A DNA stretch of 64,000 nucleotides from Escherichia phage D5505. The notes under the pieces were generated by a model. It saw only the letters and a list, made by a program, of their open reading frames with translations, made no database searches and had not been told where the DNA came from. Location: sequence record MK327929.1. The stretch is one strand, 5' to 3'. Made by a program: the position numbers and the translations under genes. This document shows positions 1-12,600 of the stretch, one piece after another. How positions within the stretch are numbered: the first letter of the stretch is position 1; each line of letters starts with the position of its first letter.

Positions 1-462
<462 letters not shown>

Positions 463-490
463 TATTAAAGCATATTAAAGAGGATTAAAA

Positions 491-2470
491 ATGACTTTAT
501 TATCTCCGGGCATTGAGCTCAAAGAAACTACGGTTCAAAGCACCGTGGTTAATAACTCTACTGGTACAGCAGCTTTGGCCGGTAAATTCCAGTGGGGTCC
601 TGCTTTTCAGATTAAACAGGTTACAAACGAAGTAGATTTAGTTAATACTTTTGGTCAACCTACAGCTGAAACTGCTGACTATTTTATGTCTGCAATGAAT
701 TTCTTACAATATGGAAATGATTTGCGAGTTGTGCGCGCTGTCGATAGAGATACCGCTAAAAACTCATCTCCGATTGCTGGTAATATTGAATACACAATTT
801 CTACCCCAGGTAGTAACTACGCGGTTGGAGATAAAATCACGGTCAAATATGTTTCAGAAGATGTTGAAACAGAAGGTAAAATTACCGAAGTAGATGCTGA
901 TGGAAAAATTAAGAAAATTAATATTCCTACTGCAAAAATTATTGCTAAAGCTAAAGAAGTTGGCGAATACCCAACATTAGGTTCTAACTGGACTGCAGAA
1001 ATTTCTTCATCTTCTTCCGGTTTAGCTGCAGTAATAACTCTTGGAAAAATTATTACTGATTCCGGTATTTTATTAGCTGAAATCGAGAGCGCTGAAACTG
1101 CTATGACAGCAGTTGATTTTCAGGCAAATCTTGAAAAATATGGAATTCCAGGAGTAGTAGCTCTCTATCCAGGCGAATTAGGCGATAAAATTGAAATTGA
1201 AATCGTATCTAAAGCTGACTATGCGAAAGGCGCTTCTGCATTACTGCCAATTTATCCAGGTGGTGGTACTCGTGCATCTACTGCCAAGGCAGTATTTGGA
1301 TATGGGCCGCAGACTGACTCACAGTACGCTATTATAGTTCGTCGAAATGATGCTATTGTTCAAAGCGTTGTTCTTTCAACTAAGCGTGGTGAAAAAGATA
1401 TTTACGATAGTAACATCTATATTGATGACTTTTTCGCAAAAGGTGGTTCAGAATATATTTTCGCAACTGCGCAAAACTGGCCAGAAGGCTTCTCTGGAAT
1501 TTTAACTCTGTCCGGTGGATTATCATCAAATGCTGAAGTAACAGCAGGAGATTTGATGGAAGCTTGGGACTTCTTTGCTGACCGCGAATCTGTTGACGTT
1601 CAGTTGTTTATTGCGGGTTCTTGTGCCGGTGAATCTTTAGAAACAGCATCTACTGTCCAAAAACACGTCGTTTCAATTGGAGATGCTCGCCAAGATTGCT
1701 TAGTATTGTGCTCACCACCGCGTGAAACTGTTGTTGGAATTCCTGTAACTCGTGCAGTAGATAATTTAGTTAACTGGAGAACTGCGGCAGGTTCATATAC
1801 TGATAATAACTTTAATATTAGTTCAACCTACGCAGCAATTGATGGTAACTACAAATATCAGTATGACAAATATAATGATGTAAATCGTTGGGTTCCATTA
1901 GCAGCTGATATTGCTGGTTTATGCGCAAGAACTGATAACGTTTCTCAGACTTGGATGTCTCCAGCCGGTTATAATCGTGGCCAGATTCTTAACGTTATTA
2001 AACTTGCTATTGAAACTCGTCAGGCGCAGCGCGACCGTTTATATCAAGAAGCTATCAACCCAGTAACTGGTACAGGTGGTGATGGTTACGTATTGTATGG
2101 TGATAAAACAGCTACTTCTGTTCCTTCTCCATTTGATCGTATTAACGTTCGCCGTCTGTTTAATATGTTGAAAACGAATATCGGACGTAGTTCAAAATAT
2201 CGTTTGTTCGAATTAAACAACGCGTTTACTCGTTCATCATTCCGCACAGAAACTGCCCAATACTTACAGGGAATTAAAGCTCTCGGTGGAATTTATGAAT
2301 ATCGTGTAGTTTGCGATACAACAAATAACACTCCGTCAGTAATTGATAGAAATGAGTTTGTTGCAACATTCTACATCCAACCGGCTAGAAGCATTAACTA
2401 CATTACCTTAAACTTCGTAGCAACTGCTACTGGTGCAGATTTCGATGAGTTAACTGGTCTTGCAGGTTAA
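491..2470 (+). CDS. 18: tail sheath protein gp18
   Basis: 659-aa ORF, ATG with AAGAGGA SD; length and sequence match T4 gp18; synteny. Confidence 0.92.
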   Translation: MTLLSPGIELKETTVQSTVVNNSTGTAALAGKFQWGPAFQIKQVTNEVDLVNTFGQPTAETADYFMSAMNFLQYGNDLRVVRAVDRDTAKNSSPIAGNIEYTISTPGSNYAVGDKITVKYVSEDVETEGKITEVDADGKIKKINIPTAKIIAKAKEVGEYPTLGSNWTAEISSSSSGLAAVITLGKIITDSGILLAEIESAETAMTAVDFQANLEKYGIPGVVALYPGELGDKIEIEIVSKADYAKGASALLPIYPGGGTRASTAKAVFGYGPQTDSQYAIIVRRNDAIVQSVVLSTKRGEKDIYDSNIYIDDFFAKGGSEYIFATAQNWPEGFSGILTLSGGLSSNAEVTAGDLMEAWDFFADRESVDVQLFIAGSCAGESLETASTVQKHVVSIGDARQDCLVLCSPPRETVVGIPVTRAVDNLVNWRTAAGSYTDNNFNISSTYAAIDGNYKYQYDKYNDVNRWVPLAADIAGLCARTDNVSQTWMSPAGYNRGQILNVIKLAIETRQAQRDRLYQEAINPVTGTGGDGYVLYGDKTATSVPSPFDRINVRRLFNMLKTNIGRSSKYRLFELNNAFTRSSFRTETAQYLQGIKALGGIYEYRVVCDTTNNTPSVIDRNEFVATFYIQPARSINYITLNFVATATGADFDELTGLAG

Positions 2471-2486
2471 TACGGTGCATTCTAAA

Positions 2487-2504
2487 GGCCTGTTTCGGCA
2501 GGCC
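2487..2504 (+). terminator. stem-loop downstream of gene 18 (GGCCTG-N6-CAGGCC)
   Basis: Perfect 6-bp GC-rich inverted repeat right after gene 18 stop; no long U-tract. Confidence 0.4.
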
Positions 2505-2505
2505 A

Positions 2506-2513
2506 TATAAATA
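2506..2513 (+). promoter_or_regulatory. late promoter TATAAATA (gene 19, distal)
   Basis: Exact TATAAATA motif. Confidence 0.5.
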
Positions 2514-2564
2514 CACTATATCCTTAATTCTTTAATTCTATATGCCCTAGGTTAAACATAGGGA

Positions 2565-2572
2565 TATAAATA
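2565..2572 (+). promoter_or_regulatory. late promoter TATAAATA (gene 19, proximal)
   Basis: Exact TATAAATA 15 nt upstream of gene 19 ATG region. Confidence 0.6.
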
Positions 2573-2586
2573 CTACAGAGGCTAAT

Positions 2587-3078
2587 ATGTTTGTAGATGA
2601 TGTAACACGAGCGTTTGAATCTGGTGATTTTGCTCGACCTAACTTATTCCAAGTAGAAATTTCTTATCTTGGACAAAATTTTACGTTTCAATGTAAAGCC
2701 ACTGCTTTACCAGCTGGTATTGTAGAAAAAATTCCAGTCGGATTTATGAACCGTAAAATTAACGTAGCAGGCGATCGTACATTCGATGACTGGACTGTTA
2801 CAGTAATGAACGATGAGGCACATGATGCTCGTCAGAAGTTTGTTGATTGGCAAAGCATTGCTGCGGGACAAGGAAACGAAATTACTGGTGGAAAACCTGC
2901 AGAGTATAAAAAGAGCGCTATTGTTCGTCAATATGCTCGTGACGCTAAAACAGTAACAAAAGAAATTGAAATTAAAGGTCTGTGGCCTACTAACGTGGGT
3001 GAACTTCAATTAGATTGGGATTCAAACAACGAAATCCAAACATTTGAAGTAACTCTTGCTCTCGATTATTGGGAATAA
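2587..3078 (+). CDS. 19: tail tube protein gp19
   Basis: 163-aa ORF; sequence and length match T4 gp19; synteny. Confidence 0.92.
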   Translation: MFVDDVTRAFESGDFARPNLFQVEISYLGQNFTFQCKATALPAGIVEKIPVGFMNRKINVAGDRTFDDWTVTVMNDEAHDARQKFVDWQSIAAGQGNEITGGKPAEYKKSAIVRQYARDAKTVTKEIEIKGLWPTNVGELQLDWDSNNEIQTFEVTLALDYWE

Positions 3079-3110
3079 AATGAATGGGGAGAAATCCCCA
3101 TCCTGCTTAA

Positions 3111-4735
<1,625 letters not shown>

Positions 4736-4736
<1 letters not shown>

Positions 4737-4975
4737 TGGAAGGTTTAATTGAAGCTATTAAATCAAACGACCTCGTAGCCGCTCGTAAATTATTTGCTGA
4801 AGCCATGGCTGCAAGAACGACTGATTTAATTAAAGAAGAAAAAATCGCTATCGCTCGTAATTTCTTAATCGAAGGTGAAGAACCTGATGACGAGGATGAT
4901 GACGAAGACGAAGATAGTGATGATAAAGACGACAAAAAAGACAAAGACTCTGACGAAGACGAGGATGATGAATAA
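4736..4975 (+). CDS. 67: prohead core protein gp67 (acidic C-terminal tail)
   Basis: 79-aa ORF, ATG overlaps gene 20 stop; D/E-rich C-terminus; position as in T4. Confidence 0.8.
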
Positions 4976-5400
4976 TGCTTCTGATCCCTGAAACTCATGA
5001 ATTAGTTCTCGAGAATGTCGAAGCACTTATTCCTGAAGCACAGGGTCGCTTTGACGAATTGTCTTCTGCTTTAAATAAAGACGATATAAATACAATTGTC
5101 GAGAATATGCTTGATGATGAAACTGATTTAGCGGTTGCATTAGCTTCTATTAATGAAAATATGCCGTTAAATGAATTTATCGTTAAACATGTTTCTGCCC
5201 GTGGTGAAATTACTCGCACTAAAGATCGCAAAACCCGCGAACGTAATGCATTTCAAACTACCGGGTTGTCTAAAGCAAAACGTAGACAAATTGCTCGTAA
5301 AGCTACCAAAACGAAGATTGCCAATCCAGCAGGTCAATCTCGTGCTCAGCGTAAGCGTAAAAAAGCTCTTAAACGCCGTAAAGCATTAGGATTAAGCTAA
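4975..5400 (+). CDS. 68: prohead core protein gp68
   Basis: 141-aa ORF with start/stop overlaps to neighbours; synteny with T4 67-68-21. Confidence 0.75.
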
Positions 5401-6038
5401 TGAATGAACCCCAATTACTAATTGAAACTTGGGGTCAACCTGGCGAAATTATTGATGGCGTACCAATGCTTGAATCTCATGATGGAAAAGACTTAGGTTT
5501 AAAACCGGGTTTATACATCGAAGGAATATTCATGCAAGCGGAAGTCGTCAATAGAAATAAACGTCTTTATCCAAAACGTATATTAGAAAAAGCGGTAAAA
5601 GACTATATTAATGAGCAAGTTTTAACTAAACAAGCTCTCGGAGAATTAAATCATCCTCCACGCGCTAATGTTGACCCGATGCAAGCCGCTATCATTATAG
5701 AAGATATGTGGTGGAAAGGAAATGACGTATACGGACGAGCTCGTGTTATTGAAGGTGACCACGGTCCTGGAGATAAATTAGCAGCTAATATTCGTGCCGG
5801 ATGGATTCCAGGAGTTTCTTCTCGTGGATTAGGTTCATTGACTGACACAAATAAAGGTTATCGTATCGTAAACGAAGGATTCAAATTAACTGTAGGTGTT
5901 GATGCAGTATGGGGTCCAAGTGCTCCAGATGCATGGGTAACTCCTAAGGAAATTACCGAATCACAGACGGCGGAAGCCGATACAAGTGCCGATGACGCCT
6001 ATATGGCTCTCGCAGAGGCCATGAAAAAAGCGTTATAA
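5400..6038 (+). CDS. 21: prohead core protease gp21
   Basis: 212-aa ORF; length/sequence match T4 gp21; synteny. Confidence 0.88.
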   Translation: MNEPQLLIETWGQPGEIIDGVPMLESHDGKDLGLKPGLYIEGIFMQAEVVNRNKRLYPKRILEKAVKDYINEQVLTKQALGELNHPPRANVDPMQAAIIIEDMWWKGNDVYGRARVIEGDHGPGDKLAANIRAGWIPGVSSRGLGSLTDTNKGYRIVNEGFKLTVGVDAVWGPSAPDAWVTPKEITESQTAEADTSADDAYMALAEAMKKAL

Positions 6039-6041
6039 ATA
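6034..6041 (+). promoter_or_regulatory. late promoter TATAAATA (gene 22)
   Basis: Exact TATAAATA overlapping end of gene 21. Confidence 0.55.
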
Positions 6042-6068
6042 TTATTATCTAAACAACAGGACTACAAA

Positions 6069-6878
6069 ATGCTTAAAGAACAACTGATTGCCGAAGCGCA
6101 GAAAATTGATGCTTCCGTTGCTCTTGATAGTATTTTCGAATCAGTTAATATTTCTCCGGAAGCAAAAGAAACTTTCGGCACTGTATTCGAAGCTACCGTC
6201 AAGCAGCACGCCGTTAAATTAGCTGAATCTCATATCGCTAAAATTGCTGAAAAAGCAGAAGAAGAAGTAGAAAAAAATAAAGAAGAAGCAGAAGAAAAAG
6301 CTGAGAAGAAAATCGCTGAGCAAGCTTCTAAATTCCTTGACCATCTTGCAAAAGAATGGCTCACTGAAAATAAATTAGCAGTAGATAAAGGTATCAAAGC
6401 CGAACTGTTTGAATCCATGCTTGGTGGATTAAAAGAGCTCTTTGTTGAACACAACGTTGTTGTTCCAGAAGAATCAGTTGATGTTGTAGCTGAAATGGAA
6501 GAAGAGCTGCAAGAACATAAAGAAGAATCAGCTCGTCTGTTCGAAGAACTCAATAAGCGTGACGCATATATCAATTATGTGCAGCGTGAAGTGGCATTGA
6601 GCGAAAGTACTAAAGATCTGACTGAGTCTCAAAAAGAAAAAGTCTCTGCTCTGGTCGAAGGTATGGATTATTCAGATGCATTCTCAAGTAAATTGAGTGC
6701 AATCGTAGAAATGGTGAAGAAATCTAATAAAGATGAAAGCACTATTACTGAGAGTATAAATACTCCTGATACTGAAGCAGCCGGACTGAATTTCGTCACT
6801 GAAGCTGTAGAAGATAAATCTGCACAAGGTGCAGAAGATATTGTAAGTGTATATGCGAAAGTCGCATCTCGTTTCTAA
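6069..6878 (+). CDS. 22: prohead core scaffold protein gp22
   Basis: 269-aa ORF, E/K-rich coiled-coil composition; T4 gp22 length; synteny. Confidence 0.88.
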   Translation: MLKEQLIAEAQKIDASVALDSIFESVNISPEAKETFGTVFEATVKQHAVKLAESHIAKIAEKAEEEVEKNKEEAEEKAEKKIAEQASKFLDHLAKEWLTENKLAVDKGIKAELFESMLGGLKELFVEHNVVVPEESVDVVAEMEEELQEHKEESARLFEELNKRDAYINYVQREVALSESTKDLTESQKEKVSALVEGMDYSDAFSSKLSAIVEMVKKSNKDESTITESINTPDTEAAGLNFVTEAVEDKSAQGAEDIVSVYAKVASRF

Positions 6879-6896
6879 TTTTAAAGGTTAACACAA

Positions 6897-8462
6897 ATGA
6901 CTATCAAAACTAAAGCTGAACTTTTGAACAAATGGAAGCCATTACTGGAAGGTGAAGGTTTACCGGAAATTGCTAATAGCAAACAAGCGATTATCGCTAA
7001 AATCTTTGAAAACCAGGAAAAAGATTTCCAGACAGCTCCGGAATATAAAGACGAAAAAATTGCTCAGGCATTCGGTTCTTTCTTAACAGAAGCTGAAATC
7101 GGTGGTGACCACGGTTACAATGCTACCAACATCGCTGCAGGTCAGACTTCTGGAGCAGTAACTCAGATTGGCCCAGCTGTTATGGGTATGGTACGTCGTG
7201 CTATTCCTAACCTGATTGCTTTCGATATTTGTGGTGTTCAGCCAATGAACAGCCCGACTGGCCAGGTATTCGCACTGCGCGCAGTATATGGTAAAGACCC
7301 AATCGCTTCCGGTGCTAAAGAAGCATTCCACCCAATGTATGGTCCAGATGCAATGTTCTCTGGTCAGGGTGCTGCTAAGAAATTCGCTGCTTTGAAAGCA
7401 AGTGATACTCTTGAAGTCGGAACTATTTACACTCACTTCTTCCAGGAAACTGGTACAGTATATCTGCAAGCTACAGCAGCTAAACAAATTGATTCAGGCG
7501 CATCTGACGCAGACAAATTAGATGCTGAAATTAAGAAACAAATGGAAGCTGGTGTACTGGTAGAAATCGCTGAAGGTATGGCTACTTCTATCGCTGAACT
7601 TCAAGAAGGTTTTAACGGTTCTACCGATAACCCGTGGAATGAAATGGGCTTCCGTATCGATAAACAAGTTATCGAAGCTAAATCTCGTCAGCTGAAAGCT
7701 GCTTACTCTATTGAATTAGCACAAGACCTCCGCGCTGTTCACGGTATGGATGCTGATGCTGAACTGTCTGGTATTCTGGCTACAGAAATTATGCTGGAAA
7801 TCAACCGTGAAGTTGTTGATTGGATTAACTACTCCGCTCAGGTTGGTAAATCTGGTATGACCCTGACTCCGGGTTCTAAAGCTGGTGTATTTGACTTCCA
7901 GGACCCAATCGATATTCGTGGTGCTCGCTGGGCAGGTGAATCCTTTAAAGCTCTGTTGTTCCAGATTGACAAAGAAGCAGTTGAAATTGCTCGTCAGACT
8001 GGTCGCGGCGAAGGTAACTTCATTATCGCTTCCCGTAACGTAGTTAACGTTCTGGCTTCAGTTGATACCGGCATTTCTTATGCTGCACAAGGTCTGGCTA
8101 CTGGCTTTAACACTGATACTACCAAGTCAGTATTTGCTGGTGTTCTGGGTGGTAAATACCGTGTATATATCGACCAGTATGCTAAACAGGATTATTTCAC
8201 TGTAGGTTATAAAGGTCCGAACGAAATGGATGCTGGTATTTACTACGCTCCATATGTAGCTCTGACTCCGCTGCGTGGTTCCGATCCGAAGAACTTCCAA
8301 CCGGTAATGGGATTCAAAACTCGTTACGGTATCGGTATCAACCCATTTGCAGAATCCGCTGCTCAGGCTCCGGCTTCTCGCATCCAGAGCGGTATGCCTT
8401 CTATTCTGAATAGCCTTGGTAAAAATGCTTACTTCCGCCGTGTATATGTTAAAGGTATCTAA
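6897..8462 (+). CDS. 23: major capsid protein gp23
   Basis: 521-aa ORF (MTIKTKAELLNKWKPLLEGEG...) matches T4 gp23. Confidence 0.95.
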   Translation: MTIKTKAELLNKWKPLLEGEGLPEIANSKQAIIAKIFENQEKDFQTAPEYKDEKIAQAFGSFLTEAEIGGDHGYNATNIAAGQTSGAVTQIGPAVMGMVRRAIPNLIAFDICGVQPMNSPTGQVFALRAVYGKDPIASGAKEAFHPMYGPDAMFSGQGAAKKFAALKASDTLEVGTIYTHFFQETGTVYLQATAAKQIDSGASDADKLDAEIKKQMEAGVLVEIAEGMATSIAELQEGFNGSTDNPWNEMGFRIDKQVIEAKSRQLKAAYSIELAQDLRAVHGMDADAELSGILATEIMLEINREVVDWINYSAQVGKSGMTLTPGSKAGVFDFQDPIDIRGARWAGESFKALLFQIDKEAVEIARQTGRGEGNFIIASRNVVNVLASVDTGISYAAQGLATGFNTDTTKSVFAGVLGGKYRVYIDQYAKQDYFTVGYKGPNEMDAGIYYAPYVALTPLRGSDPKNFQPVMGFKTRYGIGINPFAESAAQAPASRIQSGMPSILNSLGKNAYFRRVYVKGI

Positions 8463-8477
8463 TCTTTGACGATTTAA

Positions 8478-8493
8478 GGGACCTTCGGGTCCC
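8478..8493 (+). terminator. intrinsic terminator after gene 23 (GGGACC-UUCG-GGUCCC + U-rich)
   Basis: Perfect 6-bp GC stem with UUCG tetraloop followed by TTTAGTTGTTTTT. Confidence 0.7.
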
Positions 8494-8510
8494 TTTAGTT
8501 GTTTTTATGG

Positions 8511-8518
8511 TATAAATA
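8511..8518 (+). promoter_or_regulatory. late promoter TATAAATA (gene 24)
   Basis: Exact TATAAATA ~28 nt upstream of gene 24 ATG. Confidence 0.6.
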
Positions 8519-8545
8519 AATCATATAAACCAAAAGGAAAGCGCA

Positions 8546-9829
8546 ATGGCTAAAATCAACGAACTTCTGCGCGAATCAACCACAACGAATAGCAACTCAA
8601 TCGGTCGCCCAAATCTCGTTGCTTTGACTCGCGCTACCACTAAATTAATATATTCTGACATTGTAGCAACGCAAAGAACTAATCAACCTGTTGCTGCTTT
8701 TTATGGTATCAAATACCTTAACCCAGACAATGAATTTACATTTAAAACTGGTGCTACTTATGCTGGCGAAGCTGGATATGTAGACCGAGAACAAATCACA
8801 GAATTAACGGAAGAGTCTAAATTAACTCTTAATAAAGGCGATTTATTCAAATATAATAATATCGTTTATAAAGTATTAGAAGATACACCATTTGCTGATA
8901 TTGAAGAAAGTGATTTAGAATTAGCTCTTCAGATTGCAATTGTTCTTTTAAAGGTTCGTCTATTTTCTGACGCAGCGTCAACAAGCAAATTTGAAAGCTC
9001 TGATAGTGAAATTGCGGATGCTAGATTCCAGATTAATAAATGGCAAACCGCAGTTAAATCTCGTAAACTTAAAACTGGTATCACAGTTGAATTAGCACAA
9101 GATTTAGAAGCAAATGGATTCGATGCTCCTAATTTCTTGGAAGATTTGCTTGCAACTGAAATGGCAGATGAAATCAATAAAGATATTCTGCAGTCTTTGA
9201 TTACAGTATCAAAACGTTATAAAGTTACAGGAATTACTGATACTGGATTCATTGATTTGAGTTATGCATCTGCACCTGAAGCTGGTCGTTCATTATACCG
9301 AATGGTATGTGAAATGGTTTCGCATATCCAAAAAGAATCAACTTATACAGCAACGTTTTGTGTTGCTTCAGCTCGTGCCGCTGCGATTCTTGCTGCATCT
9401 GGTTGGTTAAAACATAAACCAGAAGATGATAAATATCTTTCACAAAATGCCTACGGGTTCTTAGCTAATGGTTTACCGCTTTATTGCGATACTAACAGCC
9501 CATTAGATTATGTAATCGTTGGCGTAGTAGAAAATATCGGTGAAAAAGAAATTGTTGGATCAATTTTCTATGCTCCGTATACAGAAGGTCTTGACTTAGA
9601 TGACCCTGAACATGTAGGTGCATTTAAAGTTGTAGTTGACCCAGAAAGTTTGCAGCCATCTATCGGTTTATTAGTTAGATATGCTTTATCAGCAAATCCT
9701 TACACTGTAGCAAAAGATGAAAAAGAAGCAAGAATAATTGATGGTGGAGACATGGATAAAATGGCGGGTCGTTCAGATTTGTCTGTTTTATTAGGTGTTA
9801 AGCTACCAAAAATTATCGTTGATGAATAA
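8546..9829 (+). CDS. 24: capsid vertex protein gp24
   Basis: 427-aa ORF; T4 gp24 length; gp23-like fold region; synteny. Confidence 0.9.
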   Translation: MAKINELLRESTTTNSNSIGRPNLVALTRATTKLIYSDIVATQRTNQPVAAFYGIKYLNPDNEFTFKTGATYAGEAGYVDREQITELTEESKLTLNKGDLFKYNNIVYKVLEDTPFADIEESDLELALQIAIVLLKVRLFSDAASTSKFESSDSEIADARFQINKWQTAVKSRKLKTGITVELAQDLEANGFDAPNFLEDLLATEMADEINKDILQSLITVSKRYKVTGITDTGFIDLSYASAPEAGRSLYRMVCEMVSHIQKESTYTATFCVASARAAAILAASGWLKHKPEDDKYLSQNAYGFLANGLPLYCDTNSPLDYVIVGVVENIGEKEIVGSIFYAPYTEGLDLDDPEHVGAFKVVVDPESLQPSIGLLVRYALSANPYTVAKDEKEARIIDGGDMDKMAGRSDLSVLLGVKLPKIIVDE

Positions 9830-9835
9830 AACAAA

Positions 9836-9851
9836 GGGACCTTTCGGTCCC
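9836..9851. terminator. bidirectional terminator between gene 24 (+) and rnlB (-)
   Basis: GGGACC-TTTC-GGTCCC stem-loop flanked by A/T runs on both strands. Confidence 0.65.
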
Positions 9852-9858
9852 TTTTTAT

Positions 9859-10863
9859 TTAACTTACCAATTCAATCCAAGCCGGACGAAGTACATCTTG
9901 TACCATTTTAACTAATTCCTTTTTAACCAAAGAAGGATTATCTGCTTGAGTTAGAGTAATACCTTCACGAGAAGTTTCTTCCAAAATATCTTGAACAGTT
10001 AGTCCCATCACCTTTCCAAAATCCTTCGGACCAATTTCACCAATTTTAGAAATAACGTTATTTACTCGGTTCAGTGTAACGTAGCAAGCTAAAATTCCCA
10101 CCAATTTGTTATCAGCTTCTGATAGTTCAACTTTAGCTTTAATAGGCTTATCAGACTTTTTCTTTTCACTAAATTTGGAATTCTTGCATTTGATGGCTAC
10201 ACGATTTCCATTATGAAGCCAAGAAGGATAACAAGGTTTCAATACATATCCTTCAGCGGTAAATACTTCGCCTTTGGCTTCAGCTTTCCAAACACATTTG
10301 TTAGCGTCAACTAATCCAGCATGGTCTACTGTAAAATTATAATCTTGGACGACAGAATCTAAATCATTTGGCAATTTAATAAGTTCTTCAAATTTACCAC
10401 GACCTAAAAGTGGAGCCATTTTAAATTTAAATGTATTACAGAATGATTCCATCATATAATCATCGACATAAGTTACATCACCACTTTCTGTAGTGACAAT
10501 AATGTCAAATACATAAAAATCTTTATCGCCATAATCGACATTCTTCTGAATGCCAGGTCCAGCGAATTCGCCAAAGACTTGATAAGATACAACCGCTGAG
10601 GTTTCCATAATATCTTGTACTGCTTTAATAGAATCTTCGTAATTCTTTAGAATAATTTCATACCCAAAGAAATCTTCAGCAGGAAGAATCGGTCCAGTAC
10701 GTTTAGCGCAAGTTACTTTATCACGCTCAATAATCAATGAGAAATTTGTGCCGTGAATCTTTTCACGAGCTACCCACTCCCCACCAGTCAATCCCAAGCT
10801 ATAAAGTTTTTCAATAAATTTAGAGTTGTAATGATTTTCAAGACTGCTATACTTTTTAAACAT
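9859..10863 (-). CDS. rnlB: RNA ligase 2 (RnlB)
   Basis: 334-aa ORF with nucleotidyltransferase motif I KIHGTN; matches T4 Rnl2 length and position. Confidence 0.85.
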   Translation of the reverse strand: MFKKYSSLENHYNSKFIEKLYSLGLTGGEWVAREKIHGTNFSLIIERDKVTCAKRTGPILPAEDFFGYEIILKNYEDSIKAVQDIMETSAVVSYQVFGEFAGPGIQKNVDYGDKDFYVFDIIVTTESGDVTYVDDYMMESFCNTFKFKMAPLLGRGKFEELIKLPNDLDSVVQDYNFTVDHAGLVDANKCVWKAEAKGEVFTAEGYVLKPCYPSWLHNGNRVAIKCKNSKFSEKKKSDKPIKAKVELSEADNKLVGILACYVTLNRVNNVISKIGEIGPKDFGKVMGLTVQDILEETSREGITLTQADNPSLVKKELVKMVQDVLRPAWIELVS

Positions 10864-10872
10864 AATTAATCC

Positions 10873-11151
10873 TCAAAATGTAATTTCTAACCAATCACCA
10901 TCACGCTGATCACTATTGACTTTAAAGCTGAATCCTTCTTTTCTCAGCCAATCACCAATTTCTTCAGTAATCAATTTATCACGAGCAATACAATAATAAC
11001 TAAAATGTGTTTTACCTTGTTCAGCTGCTTTATTAGCAAGTTCCGAAAAATCTTTAATAAAACACTCTAGCTTAAACTGTTTACTTTTAAGTGCTTTTTC
11101 GCGCAATTGATTAGCAAAAGATTCATTTTCATAAAGATCATACTGTTCCAT
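10873..11151 (-). CDS. hypothetical protein (T4 24.x-like)
   Basis: 92-aa ORF, tight spacing with neighbours; no recognisable motif. Confidence 0.5.
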   Translation of the reverse strand: MEQYDLYENESFANQLREKALKSKQFKLECFIKDFSELANKAAEQGKTHFSYYCIARDKLITEEIGDWLRKEGFSFKVNSDQRDGDWLEITF

Positions 11152-11353
11152 TTTTCACCTTTTTATTGATATGTCTTTTTCTATAGACGACTTTTTCTCG
11201 AGTTTCAAATTTATTTTTAGCAGTCATAGCTCGAGCCCATAATACAGCCACTTCTTTTGCCTGTAAGTTTAATTCACGAGCAATTTCAATGAATGACTTT
11301 CCAGACTCATGAAGAGTAAACACCACAACCTCAGTTCTCATAATCAATCTCAT
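11138..11353 (-). CDS. hypothetical small protein, possible HTH
   Basis: 71-aa ORF; segment SFIEIARELNLQAKEVAVLWARA resembles a helix-turn-helix. Confidence 0.45.
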   Translation of the reverse strand: MRLIMRTEVVVFTLHESGKSFIEIARELNLQAKEVAVLWARAMTAKNKFETREKVVYRKRHINKKVKNGTV

Positions 11354-11422
11354 GTTATCGAGTTGATGCCATTATATACATCATTTTCTGAGTATGTTTT
11401 GTGTGCTTTCAAAATGAAGAAA

Positions 11423-11436
11423 GGGGCCGAAGCCCC
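11423..11436 (-). terminator. intrinsic terminator downstream of hoc
   Basis: GGGGC-UUCG-GCCCC on minus strand followed by U-rich tract. Confidence 0.6.
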
Positions 11437-11466
11437 TTATGATTATGATTATGATTATGATTATGG
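11437..11466 (-). repeat. hexanucleotide tandem repeat (TAATCA)n at hoc stop
   Basis: Plus strand TTATGA x4 + TTATGG; on minus strand gives five consecutive in-frame TAA codons. Confidence 0.9.
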
Positions 11467-12591
11467 ATAGGTATAGATGATACCAGTTTCTAAAGCAGTT
11501 TTATGAATGATGTATCCATTACGCGATTCTTGAACATCAACTTCTGGATAGTCTTTCATCATCTTCTGAAGAGTGTAACGATGTAGGTAATATTTACTAT
11601 CTGGGTCGTCAGTTTTCCAATCTTTACCTTCTTCGGTCATTTTTTGGATTTCATCCATAACCCACCAACCGCACCAGATATAAGCTGAAGTACGATGTGG
11701 AAGAGGATGAACATAAGGTAGTTCACCTTCTGGTTCTGGAGCAACTTTATCAGTTACCTGAACTTGACCTTCTGCTGTAATAGTTTTGCTATCGTAATCA
11801 GTTGCAGTAACGACAGCAGTAACTTCAATAGTTTGACTTCCAACAGATGAGGTATCGACAGTATATACGTTAGTTGACCCTTCTACAGGAGAAGAATCTT
11901 TCTTCCATGAGTAAGTAATTTGTGCTTCTTCTGGAGCACCCGTAACATTAGCCGTAAATGTAGCCGAAGCATCTTGCTGAACATTAATAGAAGGAGGAGT
12001 CAATGTAACCTGTGGATTCATTGTCTTCTTATTAACTGTCAGTGATACTTCATTCGAAGTAACTTCCTTTGTATCATAATCTGTCGCGGTTACTTGAGCT
12101 ACGCACTTAATTGTTTTAACTCCGATTGCGTCAGGAGTGTAATTGAATGTAGTGCTAGTTGCTTCGCCCACAGGAGAACCGTCAACGTACCATTGATACG
12201 TAGCGTTTGCACCTGATGGCTGTGAAGCTAAGGCAGCGGTAAATTCAATTGGAGTTCCAATCACTCCAGCATCAGGGCTACCAGGAGTTACTGCCAAAGT
12301 AGTTGTTTGTGTCTTATTTTGAACTGTGATAGTTGTACTAATTTCAGCTGTTTCAGGTTCAGATTCTGCAACTTGATTGGTTGCAACTACTTTAATAGTC
12401 TTTTGACCGGCAGGTCCTTTTAGTACATAACTAAAAGTTGCTGACGTTTCTTCCTGTGGAGCGTCGTCTACAGTCCAAGCATATGTAATAGGTCCATCTC
12501 CAGTTTGACCACTGGGTGTAGCAGTAAACTGCTGAGTCTGATCTATAACTCCAGTAGGTGTTTTAGGAATTATATCAACTGTAAAAGCCAT
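11461..12591 (-). CDS. hoc: head outer capsid protein Hoc (Ig-like domain decoration protein)
   Basis: 376-aa ORF = T4 Hoc length; repeated ~90-aa Ig-like segments; synteny. Confidence 0.85.
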   Translation of the reverse strand: MAFTVDIIPKTPTGVIDQTQQFTATPSGQTGDGPITYAWTVDDAPQEETSATFSYVLKGPAGQKTIKVVATNQVAESEPETAEISTTITVQNKTQTTTLAVTPGSPDAGVIGTPIEFTAALASQPSGANATYQWYVDGSPVGEATSTTFNYTPDAIGVKTIKCVAQVTATDYDTKEVTSNEVSLTVNKKTMNPQVTLTPPSINVQQDASATFTANVTGAPEEAQITYSWKKDSSPVEGSTNVYTVDTSSVGSQTIEVTAVVTATDYDSKTITAEGQVQVTDKVAPEPEGELPYVHPLPHRTSAYIWCGWWVMDEIQKMTEEGKDWKTDDPDSKYYLHRYTLQKMMKDYPEVDVQESRNGYIIHKTALETGIIYTYP

Positions 12592-12600
12592 AAGTTATCC

